From positions 21,886,001 to 21,950,000 of the forward strand of contig NC_134475.1 of the NCBI RefSeq assembly GCF_964194025.1: DNA of 64,000 nucleotides, in the 5' to 3' direction. This document shows positions 56,514 to 64,000 of this stretch, one piece after another (position 1 is the stretch's first letter; each line of letters starts with the position of its first letter). This DNA comes from Convolutriloba macropyga (taxonomy: Eukaryota). A model generated the notes under the pieces. The model did no database searches, had not been told where the DNA came from, and saw only the letters and a list, made by a program, of their open reading frames with translations. The translations under genes and the position numbers were made by a program.

Positions 56514-59498
56514 ACCAAAGTAAGAGAAAAATGGAGGCAAATTTCAATAAGCCGATTTTTATCTAAAAATGAAATATTTTAAAACTCAAAACGACCATGC
56601 GCCTTCAAGCAATCAACTAGATAAATTAATTGCAAGTTAATTAGAAAGCCAATAGGACCTATCGGTAGTTAGCTTTGATTTGAAATGTTCTGTTATTTAA
56701 TTAATATAAAAAAGATTGAATTTTTTAAAATAAAAAACCGACTGATGACAATCCGAACTTTTTTGAATTGTAACGGTCCAAGATTGGTACAGAACTAATC
56801 CTGCTAATGTTGACTGTTCATTAGGAATATTTAATTTTTGCAATGTCATTGATTTAGATATTTTGTCTGTTAAAAAATCAAAAGTAAATGCTGCGTTTTT
56901 GATTATCAACCAATAAAGTTAGCAAAAAACGGCAAAGTTTTATATAGAGAGCACTCTCAACGGAAGTTGAAATGGAATTCGCCCCCTTTTCAGTCTAAAA
57001 AGATTGTATTAGTGGTGTTTGGGTGTGCACTTCCTGCAAATTTAATCAGAGTGGACCAAAGAAACTTATTTCGTGCTGTTTTTGATGAAAAAGTCTGAAT
57101 TTTGTGAAATTTTTAGCCGGAAATTCTGACCAAAAAAACTCAATGAAAATAGACGACAGTGCATTTTGTCTTTAAACGTAAAATCAACAACATTTTCATG
57201 AAAAATTTTATTAAATTTTATCAAAATTGGCGAAATTTTAGTCAAAAATTCCGAAAAAAGTTAATGAAATCAACGGAATTCACTCTATTTTCTCGAAAGT
57301 TTAAACCTCGATATCTCCCTGTGAAAATCGAAAATCAAAAGAATCTTTTGAATCCTATGTTCTACGCTGGTGAAGCTTTCTAAAGATACCAGTCTCAACT
57401 CTCTAGGATGAATATATCGATCGGCCAAAATTGACTGAACAAAAAAAGCCCAGTTGAGTATATAGTTCCCCCCCCCTCAAGAGGGGTCGGAACAAAAATT
57501 ATGATTGCTGAAAAGTTTTGTTGGCCTTTTGCTAAACCATACTTTAGTTTTGACAAAAATTTAGATTTTTTAAAAGGGGTATTGGGCATCAAACAATTTT
57601 TTTGCCCATTTTGTCCAAATTTATTAAATGGAATGACCAAAAAATAGCGGACACCTTCTTTTGAAGTGAAGAGAGAGCCCATTGTACTTGAAATTTCCCA
57701 TATATTAATCTGGAATAAACGTCTGCCCGTCTTTGCTAAATTAATCTAATTTTTGTATCCAGTTTCCAATGATATTCAGCCATTTTTTTGCTCATCACAA
57801 AATACGCTTAATTTTTACATAACCTCTGCAAGGGTTTGCCTCGTTAATTGAATCTTAATTTTTTGAGAAATTGTTACTAGATTTCTTATTCAAAAAATCA
57901 CCAAAAAGATCTCAGAAAATCTGTAAGAATTTGAAGTGTTTTTCTTATCTATGAAATCAATTTAACCGTATTTGCCTTTGATTAGCAAGACAGACGTAGT
58001 TATACCAACCCCCATCAAATCTGCAACTTTCGAAACGAATTATGAAAACGAATCTTCTTTTCATAGGCTCATTGCTTTATTTTCTTTTCGACCAAAAAGA
58101 ACACCTGAAGAGACGTCCAGTTTCTTTATAAATTAATTTATAGATTTTTAGTGTGCTCTATGAGATTTACTAATTTTCTGATGCCATTTTGAATACAACT
58201 CGGTGTTCGTCCAAAAATTTAAATAGTACCGCAGTCATTATCGCAAGACTGTCTCTAAAACTTCATCTAGACCCACTCTCTTCAGACCACACGTACATTT
58301 CAGAAGTCTCGAAATAAAACAGAAATTGAACAGAATAACGTTTGGCCTGTTGTGCACTAGCTTTGTGAGAAATTGACTTTTTTGTATTGTTTACGGTTTT
58401 TGCATTGTGTTTTATTCTCAAACCCGATCAGTCAACGCTCTCTATTCTCCGGAGGCACCACGTAAAAAACCATTACGTGTGCTTTGAATTTAAAAGAAAT
58501 TGAGATGACAAGTTTTTTGTGTTTTTGGCTTCTTTGGCACCAACAGACGTTTTTTTTAGCAGATACTTACCATTCTTCTTGCGTTTTTAAGTAAAATTTT
58601 ATTTATTATTTTTTTTCTTGAAAAAAACATACTTTTCTTTTGAATGGGATACAGGTTTTCGAATGAAATAACAAAATTGAATAACTAAAATCTAAATTTT
58701 TCAAATAATTGACAATTTAATAATCGAGACAAGAGTAATGCAATCGTTTTAGCAATTTTTTGCTCATTGCGAACTTGTGTCATTTTTTTGACCTACCGAC
58801 CATTTTTTTCAAGTGGTCTTCAGTGTTGATCCTTACCCAATCATTTGACTAGGTATAAAAAAAATCTATTACAATTGATATTAACACTTTTGGATAACTC
58901 AAAAATCAACATGAAACACTGGAGCTTCAAATGAAATGGAAAACAGCCATAAACTTTGTTTTCTTAATCCGTGTTTTTGTTTTATTAGATGTAAATACTT
59001 GACAAGGAGATGGATGACAAGTAAATCATTTTTGTACAGACTTTAAATGCTTTTTTTGCAAAATCTGCTGTTTTACAAACCTGTTTCTAAGTTAATAAGT
59101 TTAAACTGCAATTGGTCGTATTCCACAAAAAATTGAAGGCGTCTAAAAGGAACAATGCCATTGTTCTCCAATCCGAGTTTTTGAAAAATTAAGAAATACG
59201 CTACGTTTTCTTTTCTTGTACTTGGAAGATGTCTTTATGTTGTTTTTATGTTATAACTGGTTGTTATCATACGTTTATGCGTTAACTTTATTGAGCATAG
59301 ACCATCTAATTTGTCTGTCTCTTGGTTTGTTTTTTGAATGCTAATGCTCTAAGTTTTCGCAAATATTAGGCTTTTTTGAACTCTTCAAGATACTTAATCG
59401 GGGTTTAATTACAAGATAGAGTTTATTGTTAAGAGTTTGGTATCCAGTTTTCTGCATGGCACACTAGCATAAGACACTCTTTTAAAATTCATAGTTGT

Positions 59499-59596
59499 AA
59501 TCACGAGGAATTGCATTTGTTAAACAAAACCTAAGAATTTGTGGCATACGCCACAAAATCTTAGGTTTTGTTTAACAAATGCAATTCCTCGTGATT
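59499..59596. repeat. 98-bp near-perfect palindrome (47-bp arms, 4-nt loop, 1 arm mismatch)
   Basis: aatcacgaggaattgcatttgttaaacaaaacctaagaatttgtggc-atac-gccacaaaatcttaggttttgtttaacaaatgcaattcctcgtgatt. Confidence 0.95.
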
Positions 59597-60699
59597 CGGA
59601 CGTGTGTAGCCATGTCCTCCTGTGTATTGTGTGTTTTAATTATTCCTATGTAAGTTACAGATACTATCGTGATAATAAATCTAACGGCGGTTCTATGATA
59701 CTTCTCGTTCCATTTCCGGTTTTCCCTTCGATGTTTTTTCAGGTTTTTTTTTGGTTTTGCTCAACATTTTCTGATTCTTCAATATTCTGTAGATCTCTCT
59801 TTGCTGAGCAAAAAACCAAAGAAACTTGGCGCTTGTCTTCTGCTCTTTGAAGTTTGGATACGCGTCACGTTTGCAGATTCTGGAAATTGCTGATTGAGGC
59901 TGGACCATGGAGCTTGGAAAAATTTGAATTCAGCGATGACGCTCCAAAAGTTTTGTCCGAATAATAATGACGAACTTTGATATCGCCTCTGTACTTCGTG
60001 TCTGTCCTTTACTTTCATATGTTAGTGCGGTAACTTGTCAGCAAAAATCTAGAGTGGCATGTTTCGTTGGGCTTTTGTGCCTAAATTGGCATTTTCATTT
60101 CTCCCTTCTCCCATATCAGGGATCCCGACTTCCTTACCACTGGGTGTCTGGAGATTTTCTTTCCACAAACAATCCTGGTGCCTTCGTGTCATAGAGTCGT
60201 TCAAGATTTCTTTTAAATTTCCGACTAAATTTGCTGGCTGGTCTGAGCTTCAGGGACGCTCTAGATCTTTGAATGGGGTTGTGCGAATCAACCGGCAATC
60301 TGAGTATCATTCATAGCTTGATCTATGACAATGACACTGCTGTTTGCTAGTCCCATCCGCTGTCGCTCAAATAGTCCACGACTGGAACCGTGTCTTCGTT
60401 TAGATATTTTATAATTTTTTCATTTTTGAAACGTTAGATGTTCGCAATAATGGGTCATTTTTGGGTCTAAACTCCGGTTGTTTATATATGTACTCTAAAT
60501 CCTGTGTTGTAAATTTCGCTGTTAGTGCTTGCGTTTGCATGAATGTTTCGTTTAATTGTGTCAATTAACATGGCCTTATTTGTACAATTAAATTTTTTAA
60601 TGTGTTTTTCGTTTCATTTGAGACATTTGTCTCTGAAGCTGTGTTTGCAGACTTAGAAATTTTGACTGTTTTGACGTTCAGAGAAATTAAATTTTTGTC

Positions 60700-62150
60700 C
60701 GTCGAATTACATACACGTTCTAGAAAATTGGTGCCAATTTCCTCTTTGACTTGGCATCAATCGCTGATTTATATATTACTTTTGTCTGCGGCTTAACTCT
60801 GTTGAAATGACAATCCAAATCTATCGAACAGATCTCTGCGCAAAATTGGTAAATTTACATAATCAACATTTTTTGAATTAGAGTAGTGTTATACCCAACA
60901 TGTGTCAGAACTGCAGTGAGAAGTTTTATCTGCCAATGTTTTAATAATTATTTGCATTTATTGTTCCAATCCACAAATAATTTTATTATCAATTTCAACT
61001 GAGAATTTTTAAAATAAGTGGTTTTGCTGCCGTTGAATGGGCTTTGTTGTCTTCAATTGCAAAACAATCGCCATTTATCATATCACATCTGGAATCTTAA
61101 TTTGCATTGTATACGTTTACTAATTTACTATCAATTTGGTTGCTGATTTTATTATTTTGATTCATTTGCAGTGCCTGTTTTGACATTATTCACATTGTTT
61201 AGAGTTAAAAGTTTAACCGAACTTCGCAATACCTTTACTAATCGGTTTTCAAGGCACAGTTAATGCATTCTGCTCCTTGTGCAGAATTTGATCCACTCAA
61301 TCCAATTTGATCCATAACTGCTGCAAAGATTTGGCAGTTGTCTAACACTTGATGGGGATTGAATGACATTGCTTGGCTGCGCGTTGCGGTTGGGTTGTAT
61401 GTGACTAATTGTTGAATATTACACGGTTGTTATTTTGCTTTCAGTAAAAGAAAAAATCGTCATCCATATTTGGTTTCGTGTTCCCATCTCAATGCTCAAT
61501 AGCAGTTGCTAATGCTCGTTTTGGGTTCATTTGATTCCCTTATAAATTTTGATTGGAATTCATCATCCAACATAAACGCAAAATGTACATCTTTTTTCCG
61601 ATTTTCATCAAGTAACGATAGAGAGACAGTCCAATGAGAGCTCCAAAAATTTTTCCATGAATTTATCTTTCATTTGTTTTCTTGTCAGAAAAAATTAGCG
61701 GTCAAAGCCGTTTAGAGAATTTGTGTTTTTGTCCGTCGAATTACATACAAGTTCTGGAAAATCCAATATACGAAGAAAAAATTAGTCTTTTTTTCTCAAC
61801 TAAATTTAAGTATAAAAGAGAAGCTGCTTTAGAGACAGTTATTTTCCACGGTTTGTCCAGAATGAGAATGCCAGTTGTTTTTTTTACCTTGAGTTTTTCA
61901 TACGTTTGTTTCTAAATTGTCCTTCTCGATGAGATTATGGGTATTGTTTTTCATATCATAGACCAATTTATCCGGATACCTATGACTCTTTCCGTCGTGT
62001 CTTCAAAAAGTGTCCAGGGAATTTCTTTTCTTCGCAATTGTGGTCGTTTTAATGTGTGCTCTCATTCCCAAATAGGCAACGCGAGCTACCCTCAGGTCTG
62101 CTGGTTACATCTTTTGCCCCTTCTTTGATTTAATTTACGGGTTTGCTCTC
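60700..62150 (-). mobile_element. Heavily decayed Ty3/Gypsy-like gag-protease relic
   Basis: Broken-frame remnant of a double zinc knuckle (LCSSYGSNW...FC / AQGAECINC...YC, ~61220-61330) followed by a protease-like LFVD (~60965-60980). Boundaries approximate. Confidence 0.5.
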
Positions 62151-62535
62151 CCTGGGAGCCTGTTGATGATACATCAATTCAAGATGGACGAAGCCAATAT
62201 TGAAAAATATGAAAATCTTCCCGCCAAAAAAGTGGGACTTTGATTTTGTCCAAATAAAACGTGTATAGCAGAAACTGTCCGATAAAAGAGGCTGAATATG
62301 GGTTCATATCACTGAATTTACATGCCTAGAAACGCATTTAGGTCAGTAAGTACAGACCTAAATCGACATTTAATTTCAGAAGCTCATGTCCAGTATTACA
62401 AGTACTTGTCATTCTAAACCAATGCAGTATTATCGACAAGATAAGTATACATGACAATCTACCCACTGCCAGTATGTATTATGTTGCAGAAAGTGATTTT
62501 ATTCAAATTTGTTTCTGAAAATTTAAATCACTTAC

Positions 62536-62745
62536 TTAATGCAGATTGCAATGGATGGAAAACTGTGACAGTAAGCACCCAGAACGCGGGTAGAAGTGAG
62601 ATTTTTCTCTGCAGCTCCAAACTGAAGACTAGATAAGATTGCTGATGAATCAATTTTGTCCTTGTTTTAATAGATTGCTCCATTTTGGAGGGTTCCTGTT
62701 TTTCCGTGCTCAGAATGACGTTGTCGAGATACCATTGGCTGTTGG
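62536..62745 (-). CDS. Cys-loop channel exon: beta9, loop C, beta10, M1 (5' end lost in the assembly gap)
   Basis: NSQWYLDNV (cf. NGEWDL) ... SYLVFSLELQRK (cf. DITFTVTMRRR) ISLLPAFWVLTVTVFHPLQSAL, then A|GTAAGT in phase 1, joining TC of the next exon to give I-FLLP. Confidence 0.8.
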
Positions 62746-62945
62746 NNNNNNNNNNNNNNNNNNNNNNNNNNNNNNNNNNNNNNNNNNNNNNNNNNNNNNN
62801 NNNNNNNNNNNNNNNNNNNNNNNNNNNNNNNNNNNNNNNNNNNNNNNNNNNNNNNNNNNNNNNNNNNNNNNNNNNNNNNNNNNNNNNNNNNNNNNNNNNN
62901 NNNNNNNNNNNNNNNNNNNNNNNNNNNNNNNNNNNNNNNNNNNNN
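62746..62945. other. Assembly gap (200 N)
   Basis: Run of N. The round size suggests a scaffolding placeholder. Confidence 0.99.
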
Positions 62946-63571
62946 AATGACTTAATGAATTAATGATCTAATTTATCGCCAGCTATTGCACGTATGACAT
63001 TATATATTATTGTCTCAGCATTTGTTACTTCCATATGGTCTTTGCCAGCCAAAACAGTTTCCATAAGCGTCTCAACATTGGCAATTATATTTTTATTATA
63101 GTCTATAAACTCTAATACAATCTTTGGCTTATCTACATACATAGAATATGTTGAAATTATAATGTTTGGGTTTCCTAACATGATTAGTTAGTTCACCAAT
63201 AGTAAAACACTGCTTTTTCCTAGCCAAACATCTTTTTAAATTCTTTTTTTAATGATTTTTCGTAAACAATAAATGGAATAACTGTGAGATATAAAAAAAT
63301 CTCTTTTTATAGATAGAGATTAATCCTTATATCTTTTTATAGAAATAGATTAGTAAACATCTATCTCCACAGACATAGATTTATACGGACCAAAGATAGA
63401 TTTAGAGAAAACGTAGAGAAATATAACTTACTTTTATAAAATGGGATTGATATTATCGTTTCAGATTATTATTGTATTTATTGTATTATTAGCATATTGA
63501 ATTATTAATCCATGCTTTGACCAAAGAAGGAGATTTGGATGATAAAAACTATTACACCAAAAGCGTATGAT

Positions 63572-63974
63572 ATGACTAAACACAACTTTATTAATTAAGT
63601 TCCATCTAAATCAGGTAAAACAACATATATAAAAAGATTTTTGTAACGTATATGAAACAGTTAATGCGTTTTGTGTTGATAACGAAGAATGGAATGGATG
63701 TAATGTATAATGTTGTGAAGATCTAAATCTAATTATATTACATGTTGTAAGTAGCTTTGCCAATAGTCTTATTATATTTGATGACATGGATGAAAACTTT
63801 AGGTTACCAGTCATAGCTTCGTTATATTCGAAACCTACCCTTTATGAAATGAATATAATACGTGTAGGTCATACACTAACAGATCTAATTACTAAACCAA
63901 GAGAGAATGCGCCTACGGTTTACATTACTTTAAATTTTTCTCAACAATTTTTTGGAAAAGTACAAGAAAAGTAA
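63572..63974 (+). pseudogene. Decayed A32/FtsK-like packaging ATPase of a second Polinton-like lineage
   Basis: Walker A remnant (V)PSKSGKTT, Walker B SLIIFDDM, then SLYSK...NIIRVGHTLTDL...REN. Contains stops and a frameshift. Confidence 0.7.
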
Positions 63975-63985
63975 ATAGACTCTAA

Positions 63986-64000
63986 TCTCTCTCTCTCTCT
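63986..64000. repeat. (TC)n microsatellite running off the window end
   Basis: tctctctctctctct. Confidence 0.8.

Overview
AT-rich metazoan (invertebrate-like) nuclear DNA, mostly mobile elements around two host genes. (1) The last coding exon of a Gs-alpha (GNAS) gene at 2224-2382 (+), with a probable long 3'UTR. (2) A full-length but decayed BEL/Pao LTR retrotransposon (8353-17836, -) with very short ~141-bp LTRs and a TAATA target-site duplication. (3) A CRE-like non-LTR retrotransposon (19303-22456, +; RT plus restriction-like endonuclease) with an N-terminal chromo-barrel/Tudor-like domain. (4) Older BEL and Gypsy relics, MITEs and a SINE head. (5) A divergent cation-type Cys-loop (nAChR-like, non-alpha) ion-channel gene on the minus strand, rebuilt here from four exons (62745-62536, 53227-53096, 52753-52479, 32827-32327). 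(6) In the last intron of that gene, 47 bp from the splice donor, a 16.9-kb Polinton/Maverick (adintovirus-type endogenous virus, 35552-52431). It has AGTAGT termini, ~100-bp TIRs, an ATTGTG TSD, the virion module (ATPase, integrase, minor and major capsid, core protein, adenain), accessory genes (DEDD nuclease, PC4-like SSB, a protein with a PIP-box-like motif) and a zinc-finger-fused pPolB interrupted by a canonical spliceosomal intron. After a 200-N gap there is a relic of a second, divergent packaging ATPase. All family assignments come from manual motif recognition; no database search was run.
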